Origin: Alphaproteobacteria bacterium
GTDB taxonomy: Bacteria; Pseudomonadota; Alphaproteobacteria; UBA828
Assembly: GCA_965214705.1 (NCBI GenBank)
Contig: OZ243972.1
Span: 4,106,123 to 4,170,122 of the forward strand
Length of the DNA: 64,000 bases
Direction of reading: 5' to 3'
This document shows positions 54,681 to 64,000 of this stretch, one piece after another. Below the pieces are notes generated by a model. The model saw nothing but the letters and a program-made list of their open reading frames with translations. It searched no databases and was not told where the DNA came from. Within the stretch, counting starts at the first letter, position 1, and every line of letters begins with the position of its first letter. The position numbers and the translations under genes are program-made.

Positions 54681-56351
54681 ATGCCGAAGGCCATGCCCAC
54701 ACCCCTCAGCAGCGCCGGTTCGCCGTCGCCTGAGGTGGTTTCGGCGGCTCTGGCGGCTCTGCAGGCGGAGCTTGCCGACGAACGTGCGGCGCACCGTGCG
54801 ACCGAGGCGGCGAGGCAGACGGCGGAAGCCCGGGCGGCACGGCTGGAGGCCGAGAACGCGTGCAGCGCGGAGCAGATCAGCCGGCTTGAGCATCTCAACA
54901 AGGAGCTCAGGAAGGCGCTGTTCGGCCCGCGCTCCGAGAAGCTCAACGAGGACGAGCGCCAGCTTACATTCGAGGAGTTTTGGGCGGCGATCGCTGAAGC
55001 CGGCGGCCAGCCCGAGGCAGATGACCGGGAGCAGGACGAGGAGACTGACGGCAAGCGTGGGCGGCGTTCTTCCCGGGGATCGCGCAGCGGGGTGCGCTTC
55101 GGGCCTCAGGTCGACCGGCGCGAGGAGGTGATCGAGCCGGACACGATCATGTGCCCCTGCGGCTGCGGCGAGATGACGAAGATCGGCGAAGATCGCAGCG
55201 AGCGTCTGGACTATGAGCCGGCGAAGTTCACCGTCATCGAGACCGTGCGTCCCCGCTACGCCTGCAACAAGTGCAAGGGGGGCGGGGTGGTGCAGTCGCC
55301 GGCGCCCGCCGCTCTGGTGGAGGGCGGCCTTCCCACCGAGGCCCTTCTGGCGCACGTGCTGATCGCGAAGTACGGCGATCATTGCCCGCTCTACCGTCAG
55401 TCGCAGATTTACGAGCGCTCGGGGATCGAGGTTCACCGCGCGACGCTGGCGACGTGGGTGGGCCAGGCGTCGTTTCACCTGCGCCCCGTGGTCGACTGCC
55501 TGAAGGATGAGCTGAAGACGTCGAGCCACCTGGGTCTGGACGAGACCACGATCCGCGTTCTCGACCCGGGCCGGGGCAAGACGAAGACGGGCTACATGTG
55601 GACCCTTGTGCGCGACGAGCGCCACTGGAGCGGCGCGGACCCGCCGGGCGTGGTCTATCGCTATGAGCCCGGTCGCGGCGGCAAGTATGGCGCCAGGCTG
55701 TTGAAGGGCTTTTCGGGGACGGTGCAGCTCGACGCCTACTCGGGCCACAACATCCTGGCGCGGCCGGATCGACCCGGCGGCCCTGTGACGCGGGCACTCT
55801 GCTGGGGGCACGCCAGGCGCAAAAAAGAGGTGTACGACTCGAGCGCCTCGCCGATCGCGCTGACCGGTCTCATGCGGATCGCCAAGCTCTATGCGATCGA
55901 GGAGAAGATCCGGGGCGAGCCGCCGGCGACGCGTCAGGCGATCCGCTGGGAGGAGTCGGCGCCGATCGTGAACGCCTTCGGTGTCTGGCTCGACGAGCAG
56001 CGCTCGAAGGTCTCACCGCGCTCCCGTCTCGGCGAGAAGCTCGCCTATATCGCCAACCAGTGGGACGGGCTGCTGGAGTTCCTGCACGACGGCTGCGTCG
56101 AGATCGACTCGAACCTGGTGGAAAACCGCATCCGCCCGCTGAAGCTCACCGCCAAGAATGCGCTCTTCGCCGGCAACGATGAGGGCGCGCAAGCCTGGGC
56201 CCGCGTCGCCTCGCTGATCGAGACCTGCAAGATGAACGGCGTCGAGCCCTACGCCTGGATGCGGAGCACGCTCGAGAAGATCGCCAAGGGCCACCCGCAG
56301 TCCAAAATCCAGGAACTGCTGCCGTGGAACTTCGAGCCCGAGACAAAGTGA
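54681..56351 (+). CDS. tnpC: IS66 TnpC
   Basis: Paralogue of 45837..47552 with small in-frame deletions. Confidence 0.9.
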   Translation: MPKAMPTPLSSAGSPSPEVVSAALAALQAELADERAAHRATEAARQTAEARAARLEAENACSAEQISRLEHLNKELRKALFGPRSEKLNEDERQLTFEEFWAAIAEAGGQPEADDREQDEETDGKRGRRSSRGSRSGVRFGPQVDRREEVIEPDTIMCPCGCGEMTKIGEDRSERLDYEPAKFTVIETVRPRYACNKCKGGGVVQSPAPAALVEGGLPTEALLAHVLIAKYGDHCPLYRQSQIYERSGIEVHRATLATWVGQASFHLRPVVDCLKDELKTSSHLGLDETTIRVLDPGRGKTKTGYMWTLVRDERHWSGADPPGVVYRYEPGRGGKYGARLLKGFSGTVQLDAYSGHNILARPDRPGGPVTRALCWGHARRKKEVYDSSASPIALTGLMRIAKLYAIEEKIRGEPPATRQAIRWEESAPIVNAFGVWLDEQRSKVSPRSRLGEKLAYIANQWDGLLEFLHDGCVEIDSNLVENRIRPLKLTAKNALFAGNDEGAQAWARVASLIETCKMNGVEPYAWMRSTLEKIAKGHPQSKIQELLPWNFEPETK

Positions 56352-56500
56352 CTCGCGCGCCCACGGCGCTCCTCAACAAGTCCCCGTCGTAGTCAACCCA
56401 GATTCCCATATGGGGTCTGCGCACCGCTTACCCTGCACCACTCCGCCTCCCTTGCACTTATTGCAGGCGTAGCGGGGGCGCACCGTCTCGATGACGGTGA

Positions 56501-56853
56501 ACTTGCAAAACTCCCAGGCGCGGTCTGCTTTTCCCGAGAGCCCGTCGTGAGGACATTGACGGTCGGAACGTAACATGAACTTCGGGACGAGCGGACGTCG
56601 CTGGCAGCCGCCGGGACGCCGATTCGCCGCAAACCGATGCCCATGCGGGCGCATTTTGGACCCGCCGTCGCGATGCGGACATGGCCTTTTGCGCCTCCGC
56701 GGAGGGAGGCGTGTCGGCGTGACAGGGACGGAGGCGCCGCTCAGACCAGGAGGCGCATCAGCTGGTCGACCGTGAGCACCAGGATGCCGAACATCAGGTG
56801 GCAATGAACCTTGGCATGGCCGCGCACGCGGACATGGCGGCCCCCGCAGTTGT
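56501..56853 (-). pseudogene. 3' fragment of the IS5/IS1182-like element
   Basis: Near-copy of ~9976-10330. Confidence 0.8.
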
Positions 56854-57114
56854 CTGCACGCGCTGGCGGAGAGCGGCAACACGGTGATGGTGATCGAGCA
56901 CAACCGCGAGGTGATCAAGACCGCCGACTGGATCGTCGATCTCGGGCCGGAAGGCGGCGACGGCGGCGGGCGCGTGGTTGCGGCCGGCACGCCCGACGAG
57001 GTCGCCGCCGTGGACGAGAGCTACACCGGGCAGTTTCCGCGCCGCGCGCTGGGCCCCGCGCCGGCCCGCCAGCCGCATCACGGGGCGCGCCGCGCCCGAC
57101 GCAAGGTGGCCTGA
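56854..57114 (+). pseudogene. uvrA: UvrA C-terminal fragment
   Basis: [35 protein letters not shown]. Confidence 0.85.
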
Positions 57115-57189
57115 GAGGAACCGGCGCATCACCGGCAGGGCCGGCCGGGCAAGCCGAACGGCACTCCGCAGCGAGTTGCAACCGCCCCG

Positions 57190-57891
57190 TCAGTTCGCTC
57201 CGCAGCAGCGCTCGTACGTCCGCCCGGAGCCGCAGGGACAAGGCTCGTCCCGGCCCGCCCTCCGGCCCGGAAACAGCCGCGCGCCCGGATCAAAACTGCC
57301 GTCGGCACCGCCCATACCCATTTCCTCATCGAACCGTCGCGACCTGTTCCGGAAATTGAGCGCATGAACGAAGGCCGGGATCAGGTCCGAAGCGGTCCGA
57401 TCGATCTCATCGACAGCCTCCTCCTCCAGGTCCGACAGGCCCTGGTCTATTTCGTGCATGGCCAGGATCATGTGCACCGACGCGGCAGCTTCCTCGTCGC
57501 CGCTATCCTGAATCCGGGCCCACGCGTCCGGACGCAGCCGCATCGCCCGCTGGAAGCCGTGGATCCAGGGCTCCCACAGCAACACGCCGTCCTGCGGATC
57601 GAACCCGAAGAGCGGCCGGTATGCCTGCGGGTCCCGGTTGAGATCCCGGGCGACCCGCCGGTAATGGTCCATGACGGCCTCAACGGCCCGTGCCGCCTCC
57701 CCGGCATCTCCGGAAGCGCTGTTGCCGCCCCATACCTGGGGCAGCCAATCCGACGCCGGGATCGACTCGGGACAGACGATCAGTCCGGCGACGTAGCCGT
57801 CCAATTCGACGACCGACATCGCGTCCCGCTCCGGCATCGCCCGTTCCAGCAGGTCCGACAGCAGTTCGATCTGTTCCCCGGTGTGGCTCAT
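57190..57891 (-). CDS. UPF0149/YecA-family protein with SEC-C motif
   Basis: ELDGYVAGLIVCP..SDWLP, WIHGF, GRDEPCPCGSGRTYERCC. Confidence 0.88.
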   Translation of the reverse strand: MSHTGEQIELLSDLLERAMPERDAMSVVELDGYVAGLIVCPESIPASDWLPQVWGGNSASGDAGEAARAVEAVMDHYRRVARDLNRDPQAYRPLFGFDPQDGVLLWEPWIHGFQRAMRLRPDAWARIQDSGDEEAAASVHMILAMHEIDQGLSDLEEEAVDEIDRTASDLIPAFVHALNFRNRSRRFDEEMGMGGADGSFDPGARLFPGRRAGRDEPCPCGSGRTYERCCGAN

Positions 57892-58095
57892 GGCATGAGG
57901 AAATAGCGGCTGGCGCGCCGACGGGTCAACAGGCGGCGACAGCCGGCAGGCAGCCCGGAAAGCCCGCGCCGCCGCCGCCGGCGCACGCTCGCCGACAGTC
58001 CGGCTCGCCGTCCGACCGCTCATGCAGCTTCGTCATGGCGGACCCGCATGCCTCCGCGGCCGCCGCCCCTCCACCGGGGCCGGAGGGCAGACGAT

Positions 58096-58383
58096 CTATG
58101 CCTGCGCCGGCTCCGCGACGATCCTGCCGCGGCCGCGCCTGAGCAGGTAGCCGCCGCGCGGAATCTTCAGTGCTCTCGCCTCGACGAGCGGCCACAGGAC
58201 ATCGACGATCCTGTCTGCGTTCGGGTCCTTCCCGTTCGACCCGTCCGAACGTGACGACAGCCATTCGGCGAATGCCTTGTCGCCGATCTCATTGCCTACG
58301 GACTTGCGCAACGCGTCAAGCTTGCGAATCTCTCCCTTGGAGAGAGTGCTCTCGTCGATCGAAGTCGTCGTTGCCTGGTCCAT
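58096..58383 (-). CDS. hypothetical protein (95 aa)
   Basis: LSKGEIRKLDALRKSVG..AFAEWL..IPRGGYLLRRGRGR; plausible composition, function unknown. Confidence 0.6.
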   Translation of the reverse strand: MDQATTTSIDESTLSKGEIRKLDALRKSVGNEIGDKAFAEWLSSRSDGSNGKDPNADRIVDVLWPLVEARALKIPRGGYLLRRGRGRIVAEPAQA

Positions 58384-58549
58384 GATCCCGGTCTTTCCCG
58401 CAGTCAGTGAATCTGCGGCGCACTTGTAGCAGCACAGCTTGCAAACTCCTAACTGCCGTTCTCGCGGTTCGACATCCCTTCGTCGATCCGCTGCTTCAGC
58501 ACATGGGAAGGCCGGAACGACACCACGCGGCGCGGCGGTATCGCCGCCG

Positions 58550-59350
58550 CCTCCAGCCGTGCCGCCCGGGCTTCCGCCGTCTGCCTCGCCGCCTCCGCCG
58601 CGCCGCGTGCCTGCTCCGCTTCGCATAGGGCTGCTTCCGTCGCCCGGCGCGCCGCGCGCTCGTCGTCAAGCTCCGCATGCAGGGCCGCCAGCGCCGCCGA
58701 AACCACCGCAGGCGACGGCGAACCGGCGCTGCTGAGGGGTGAGGGCGTGATCTTCGGCATGGCCGATCCCTTAATCCGATTCGCCAATGCGTGACCAGGG
58801 AAAAGTGCAGGCGGGACCTCGACCAAAATCTGCGGCCCCGCCTGCGTCTCGCCTCACTCCGCCGCCAGCGGGCGGCGAACCGGGCGGGCCTTCACCCGGC
58901 GCCAGTCGAGGCCCTCGAAGAAGCCTCGAACTGGCCCTTCGTAAGGCGAATCACACCGTCCTCGATCCGGGGCCAGGCGAAGCGGCCTTGCTCCAGACGC
59001 TCGTAGGTCATCACTAGGCCGGTCCCGTCCCAGGTGAGAAGCTTGAGCCTGTCGCCGCGGCGCGAGCGGAAGATCACGATCACACCGGAATAGATATCGA
59101 GGTCCAGTTCCCCCGCCGCCGTCGCCGCAAGCGCGTCGTGGCCGCGACGAAAATCAACCGGCCGCGCCGCCAGCACGATGCGAAGCGAGGGCACCGCGAT
59201 CATGACGACGCACGACCCAGGCCCGAGGCCACAGCCACGATCCGATCGACCGCGCTCTCCACCGGAAGGCGAACGACGACGCCCAGCGCCTCAATCGCCA
59301 CCGTCTGCTCGGACGCAGACCCGTCAACTACAACCGGAATATAGGGGGGC
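58550..59350 (-). pseudogene. IS66 remnant (tnpA 3' part, frameshifted tnpB, tnpC 5' part)
   Basis: Inverted homology to ~45250-46050; 1-nt deletion near 58922. Confidence 0.85.
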
Positions 59351-59418
59351 GAAGACGCGTCTCCCTGCCGATCGCCACCAGCGTCAGAGCCTGGCCGGAT
59401 ATGAATCGTGTATTTTCA

Positions 59419-59585
59419 AAGGCTTATCCCTCTGGCTCCGGTTCCCCAACATGTTGTACCGGCCACCTCGGCGGCGGTATCCGACACGGTCGCAGTTCCT
59501 TCCGTGTCTCAATGGGTTGCCCGTAAAGTGCCCAGCGATCCGGCACCCCACATATCGAGAAGCCGGATGTAAGGGGATAAGCCTT
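59419..59585. mobile_element. 167-bp MITE, same family as 31865-32033
   Basis: IR AAGGCTTATCCC; 8-bp TSD TATTTTCA. Confidence 0.85.
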
Positions 59586-59700
59586 TATTTTCATAGCGTT
59601 GCGAGTCTCCAGATGAAGGGCTGGATGCTGGCGATCAGGAGCTAGGCGAGTGCGCGAAGCCCCCCGCGCTCATACTTCTCCCGGTTGGCGTCGATTCACA

Positions 59701-60334
59701 GTAAGCGGTACGCAGACCCCATACCGGAATCTGGCTTGACTACGACGGGGATTTCTTGAGGAGCGCCGTGAGCGCGCGAGTCATTTTGCCTCGGGCTGGA
59801 AGTTCCACGGCAGAAGCTCCTGGATGCCCGACTGCGGGTGGCCCTTGGCGATCTTCTCGAGCGTGCTCCGCATCCAGGCGTAGGGCTCGACGCCGTTCAT
59901 CTTGCAGGTCTCGATCAGCGAGGCGATGCGGGCCCAGGCTTGCGCACCCTCGTCGTTGCCGGCGAAGAGCGCGTTCTTGGCGGTGAGCTTCAGCGGCCGG
60001 ATTCGGTTTTCCACCAGGTTCGAGTCGATCTCGACACGACCGTCGTGCAGGAACTCCAGCAGCCCGTCCCACTGGTTGGCGATATAGGTCAGCTTCTCGC
60101 CGAGACGGGAGCGCGGTGAGACGCGCGAGCGCTGCTCGTCGAGCCAGACACCGAAGGTGTTCACGATCGGCGCCGACTCCTCCCAACGGATCGCGCGGCG
60201 CTCCGCCGGCGGCTTACCCCGGATCTTCTTCTCGATCGCATAGAGCTTCGCGATCCGATTCAGACCGGCCAGCGCGATCGGCGATGCGCTCGAGTCGTAT
60301 ACCTCTTTCAGCTTCCGTCTTACATGCGCCCAAC
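59701..60334 (-). pseudogene. IS66 right end and tnpC 3' part, interrupted by a group II intron
   Basis: Near-identical inverted copy of ~46999-47632; homology stops in the CWAH codons. Confidence 0.92.
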
Positions 60335-60857
60335 TAGCGACAGGGTAAGCCCTGGAAAGGGGGATGATATGAACTGAAACCTTTCGTCGCGACCCAGCGG
60401 GTTCGACTCCCGCCCGGCAAAGGCGCAGCCCGCCAGCCGGAAGCGAGTCTTGCATGGCGTGCGGCAACGCCCGTCGTGAAGCGTAGACAGCGTGTGGTGA
60501 AGCGGCTCGGTAAGCCTCGAAATCATGTGCATCGACGACGCCTTCAGTGTGTTGGGCCTGGGGGCAGCACCGGAAGCACCGCGACAGGCGAGGTGCGACG
60601 GGTCGTCCGGGGTCTTGGAAAGGCGCAGAGCCACGGGAAGGGTCGCCAGGGAACCTGTGAGGTCCTGTTCTTGCCCATGAGGAAAACCGCTGGAAGGGGA
60701 CGGCCAGCGTGACCAACAAAGACCCCGGCCTGTCGTCTGGCCTGCACGGCGGCGGGAGCGCGCGAGCGGACACGAAGATGCGGGAACCCATGGACCCGGC
60801 TGGCGAAACCATAAGCCGAAGGGCATGCGGAGCAGGAAGTCGTAGCGCCTTCATAGT

Positions 60858-62881
60858 GTGTGCTGGGCAGCGCCCAGATCAGGTGGGTTCAAGTCCCACT
60901 GGCGCTCGGGTAAGGGGCGCCATATCCAAAAGTGGGGGTAATTCCTCACTGGCCGGAGTGAGCCGATAAGCGAAACTCTAAACGGGCACGAAGCCGGAAA
61001 CGGCGGAGACAGCCAAGGGAGGAGCTAAGTTGGTCCACTGTCGAAAGACAACCGGAAGGCAGGGTGTCCACCGCGAGGTGGAATCTGAAGGGCTTGCGGA
61101 GAAGTACCGGGCCGTAATCGAGGGGGCCACCCCATGATGAATCGGTCGGCCAAAGACGGGGCAAGGTCGAGCCGGCACTATGGCGGCGAAGGCGTTCTTA
61201 CCCACCCGTCGCACCAAGGTGTTTGCGAGCGGCACGGTACGGAAGATCTGGACGTGACCCCAGGAGGGCTCGCCGCGTTCCCGGGTGGCACCGGGATAAC
61301 GGACCCTATAAGCCGAAAGGCGAAATGGGAAAGGATGCGCGGCGAGCAATCGGACAACCGAATAGTACCTGAAGCCCGGCGAAAGCCGGGTGACCGCGCG
61401 AGCGGCGGCCGTGTGGGCCGGGGAAGGCGGTTGGCAGAGGTGGTCGGCGAGAGACAGCGATGAGTGAGTAAGGACCATGACGCGGACAAGTTCCTTGAGC
61501 GAAAGACCCGGACATCATGGCCCGAGGAGACTCATCGACTGGATCAACCCGGCGGGTGACAGGAAGGTCCACTCACTGGTGGACAAGGTGTACAAGCGGA
61601 AGAACCTTGAGGTGGCCTGGGAAAAGGTGAAGCGCAACCGGGGTGCCGGTGGCGTGGACGGAGAGGATTTAGCGGCGTTCGAGGCATCGCTGGATGCAAA
61701 TCTCGATCGCCTGCACCGGGAGTTGCGGGACGGTGAGTATCACCCGCAGCCGGTTCTCCAATGCCTGATCCCCAAGGCGGGCCAGCCGGGGAAGTTCCGC
61801 CCGCTCGGCATCCCGACAATCTACGACCGGGTGTGCCAGCAGGCGCTGCTGAACCGGCTGGAACCGATCTTCGAGCCGGTGTTCGACGATGCCAACTACG
61901 GGTACCGGCAAGGAAGGTCTGCCCATGGAGCGTTACGCAAGATATGGAGGGAACTGGACGAGGGCAACGAGTGGGTTCTCGATGCGGATTTGAAAGACTT
62001 TTTCGGGTCCGTGGACCACGAAAAGCTCCTCGAACTCGTCAACCAGCGAGTCTCGGATGGCCGGGTATTAGGTCTGCTCAGGCAGATGCTCACGGCCGGG
62101 GTGGTGGCCGACGGTAAGAGGCTGCCGACCGAACAGGGCACTCCGCAGGGCGGCATCGTTTCACCGCTGCTCAGCAATATCTTGCTGACCCCGTTCGATT
62201 GGGAAATGCGTCGTCGCGGCTATCGACTAACGCGATACGCCGATGATTGGCTGATCACGTGCCGCACACGCGGGGAAGCCCGCGCAGCACTGGAGACGGC
62301 CAGGCGGATTCTGGCAAAGCTGGGTGTGTCCCTCAACGCCGGGAAGACCCGCATTGTCCATGTCAGGCACGGGTTTGAGTTCCTCGGCTACAAGATCAAG
62401 CAGGGCGAGCGGCCTCTCCGGCTGTCGTCCTCCAAGATCAAGAGCGGGGTTCGCGGGGGAGCGCGCTACGCGGTTCCGCGTGAGAAATCCATCCGGCACT
62501 TCAAGGACCAGATTCGCCAGCGTACCCGGCGCAAGGCTCCTGTCAGCACGCAGGAGCTGATTGACGAGATCAACCCGATCATTCGGGGATGGGGCCAATA
62601 CTATTGCAAGGCCCACGTCCGCGGGCTCTTCCACCAGCTTGACGGCTGGATCGTGCGGCGGCTCTGGTCGCATCGTCGCAAGCGCTGGCGCAACGCTGGC
62701 TGGAAACAGTTGCCGGAGCGCAAGCTGATCGACGAATACGGGCTTGTTCGCCTGATCTCACTGGTTCCGTCCTTGAACCTTCGTTGAGACACCTTTGTGA
62801 AAGCGGCTTACGGGAAAACCGTACGGGCCGTTTGAGCGGCGGACGGAGGCTAGCCTCGCGGGGCGCCTCCTCCGACCCGAC
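60858..62881 (+). mobile_element. inner group II intron, complete
   Basis: GTGTG 5' end; domain V AAGCGGCTTACGGGAAAACCGTACGGGCCGTTT; domain VI ending CCGAC. Confidence 0.9.
61477..62787 (+). CDS. ltrA: group II intron reverse transcriptase/maturase (no endonuclease domain)
   Basis: GAGGVDG, RPLGIPT..DR, DADLKDFF, GTPQGG..SPLLSN, RYADD, FLGY, X domain NPIIRGWGQYY. Confidence 0.95.
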   Translation: MTRTSSLSERPGHHGPRRLIDWINPAGDRKVHSLVDKVYKRKNLEVAWEKVKRNRGAGGVDGEDLAAFEASLDANLDRLHRELRDGEYHPQPVLQCLIPKAGQPGKFRPLGIPTIYDRVCQQALLNRLEPIFEPVFDDANYGYRQGRSAHGALRKIWRELDEGNEWVLDADLKDFFGSVDHEKLLELVNQRVSDGRVLGLLRQMLTAGVVADGKRLPTEQGTPQGGIVSPLLSNILLTPFDWEMRRRGYRLTRYADDWLITCRTRGEARAALETARRILAKLGVSLNAGKTRIVHVRHGFEFLGYKIKQGERPLRLSSSKIKSGVRGGARYAVPREKSIRHFKDQIRQRTRRKAPVSTQELIDEINPIIRGWGQYYCKAHVRGLFHQLDGWIVRRLWSHRRKRWRNAGWKQLPERKLIDEYGLVRLISLVPSLNLR

Positions 62882-62966
62882 ACCGCTGACGGCGGGGAAC
62901 CGTGGCCATCGGGACCCGTCCGAGGAAAGGGAGGCGTCACATGTCCAGACCCACTGATGGGAAACG

Positions 62967-63650
62967 ATGGAGGGGACACTGAGCTCCACGACCACGTCAA
63001 CGAAACAGCAGTGGATAGCCGAACAGGCGAGGGAGCACCCGGAACGGGTGTTCACGTCCCTGCACCACCTGATCGACGGCGAGTGGATGCGCGAAGCGTA
63101 TCGCCGGACGCGCAAGGATGGGGCGACGGGCATCGACGGCGTGACCGCTGCCGACTACGAAAAGGATCTGGAGGCCAATCTCGAAAGCCTGCTGAACCGG
63201 ATCAAGTCGGGCAGCTACCGCGCGCCCCCGGTGCGCCGCCACTACATCCCGAAGGCGGATGGAACGAGACGCCCTCTCGGCATCCCGACGTTCGAAGACA
63301 AGGTGGCGCAGCGGGCGATCCTGATGATGCTGGAACCGATTTACGAGGCGGACTTTCTGCCGTGCTCGTACGGCTTCCGGCCCGGACGCTCGGCCCATGA
63401 CGCCCTGAAAGCGCTGCGGACAGGCTTCATGGAGCAAGGCTGCCGTTGGGTGATCGATGCTGATATCGCGAAGTACTACGACAGCATCGACCACGGACAA
63501 CTCCGGTCATTCCTCGACCTGCGGATCAAGGATGGCGTCGTGCGACGCATGATCGACAAGTGGCTGAAGGCCGGGGTGCTCGAAGGGAAGAGCCTCCGCC
63601 GGACGGAAACGGGCACTCCTCAGGGCGGGGTGATCTCGCCGATGTTATCG
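62967..63650 (+). pseudogene. group II intron RT, truncated after PQGG
   Basis: FTSLHHLID, RPLGIPTFEDKV, SYGFRPGRS, GTPQGGVISPMLS then unrelated sequence; no YADD. Confidence 0.9.
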
Positions 63651-63802
63651 GAACGTTCCGATAACAGCGGATATGGGAACCTTATGATTCTGGGAACCTG
63701 AGCCGCTGCGGGCGTTGATTATCAAGGGATTGGGCACGGCTCAGGTTCCCATAAAAATCTGCTTTTCTCCTGCCGGTTTTGCCCCTGGACAGGAGAATCG
63801 GC

Positions 63803-64000
63803 ATGTCTTCCATGATCACCAACACGGCGTCGCCCGAGGCGGGTGATGGACCGGATCCGGGCATCGTCCCGACCTACAAGGCGCGGTTGCAGGCCCTGGG
63901 ATATTCCCCGAGCCTGACGGGCAAGTGCATCCGAACGATCCTGCACCTCATCGCATGGTTGTCGGCGAACGGGATGGGGATCGAGACGCTCGACATTCGC
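63803..64000 (+). CDS. N-terminus of a probable RIT-type tyrosine recombinase (partial)
   Basis: AGGAGA RBS; YKARLQALGYS......IRTILHLIAWL resembles RitA N-termini; preceded by an IR-rich end. Confidence 0.5.
   Translation, partial: MSSMITNTASPEAGDGPDPGIVPTYKARLQALGYSPSLTGKCIRTILHLIAWLSANGMGIETLDIR

Larger units (their letters stand above)
53515..56431 (+). mobile_element. IS66-family element inserted in a degenerate IS66 tnpC fragment
   Basis: GTAAGCGG..CCGCTTAC IR; 8-bp TSD CCTGCACC; flanks read CKGGGVVQ / ASAPASLVE on the - strand. Confidence 0.93.
60335..63650 (+). mobile_element. outer group II intron (antisense in IS66 tnpC), interrupted twice
   Basis: Domain I-like sequence from 60335; EBS1-like GTTGGG (60551-60556) complementary to upstream CCCAAC; AGTCG..CATAGT/ACC domain II-III motif; RT ORF. 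Confidence 0.82.

Noticed and set aside
59781-60854. 357-aa - strand ORF
   Set aside because: Fusion of antisense intron sequence with the IS66 tnpC 3' fragment
61477-63701. Two adjacent RTs as a retron, DGR or defence RT pair
   Set aside because: Both are group II intron RTs, explained by ribozyme domains and nesting

Overview
A GC-rich bacterial accessory region, probably proteobacterial (inference), with no core housekeeping operon. It is a mobile-element and defence island with many nested insertions. Left part: a small Zn-ribbon gene is split by an IS110/IS1111-type element (1561-3153), whose 3' non-coding end carries recognisable target and donor guide sequences, and by an ISAs1 element (3183-9622) that itself holds a 4.3-kb IS21 element with passenger genes. 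Next come an IS5/IS1182-like copy, a lower-GC two-gene cassette (3-TM membrane protein plus ThsB-like TIR protein) and a DUF4435/AriB-like toprim gene broken by IS21 and IS66. Middle: a mobilisation module (three RHH/MobC-like genes, a 1719-aa MOBF relaxase-helicase, a coiled-coil TM protein), a type IIG/ISP-like R-M enzyme, an IS3 element and two tandem arm-type tyrosine integrases. Right part: an SNF2-DUF3883 / DUF1156 methyltransferase / HEPN-DUF499 ATPase defence operon with two TA modules inside it, several IS66 copies, and a group II twintron inserted in an IS66 tnpC, cut at the window end by a RIT-like tyrosine recombinase element. Several MITEs with target duplications are visible. Family assignments come from motif recognition by eye; no database search was run.
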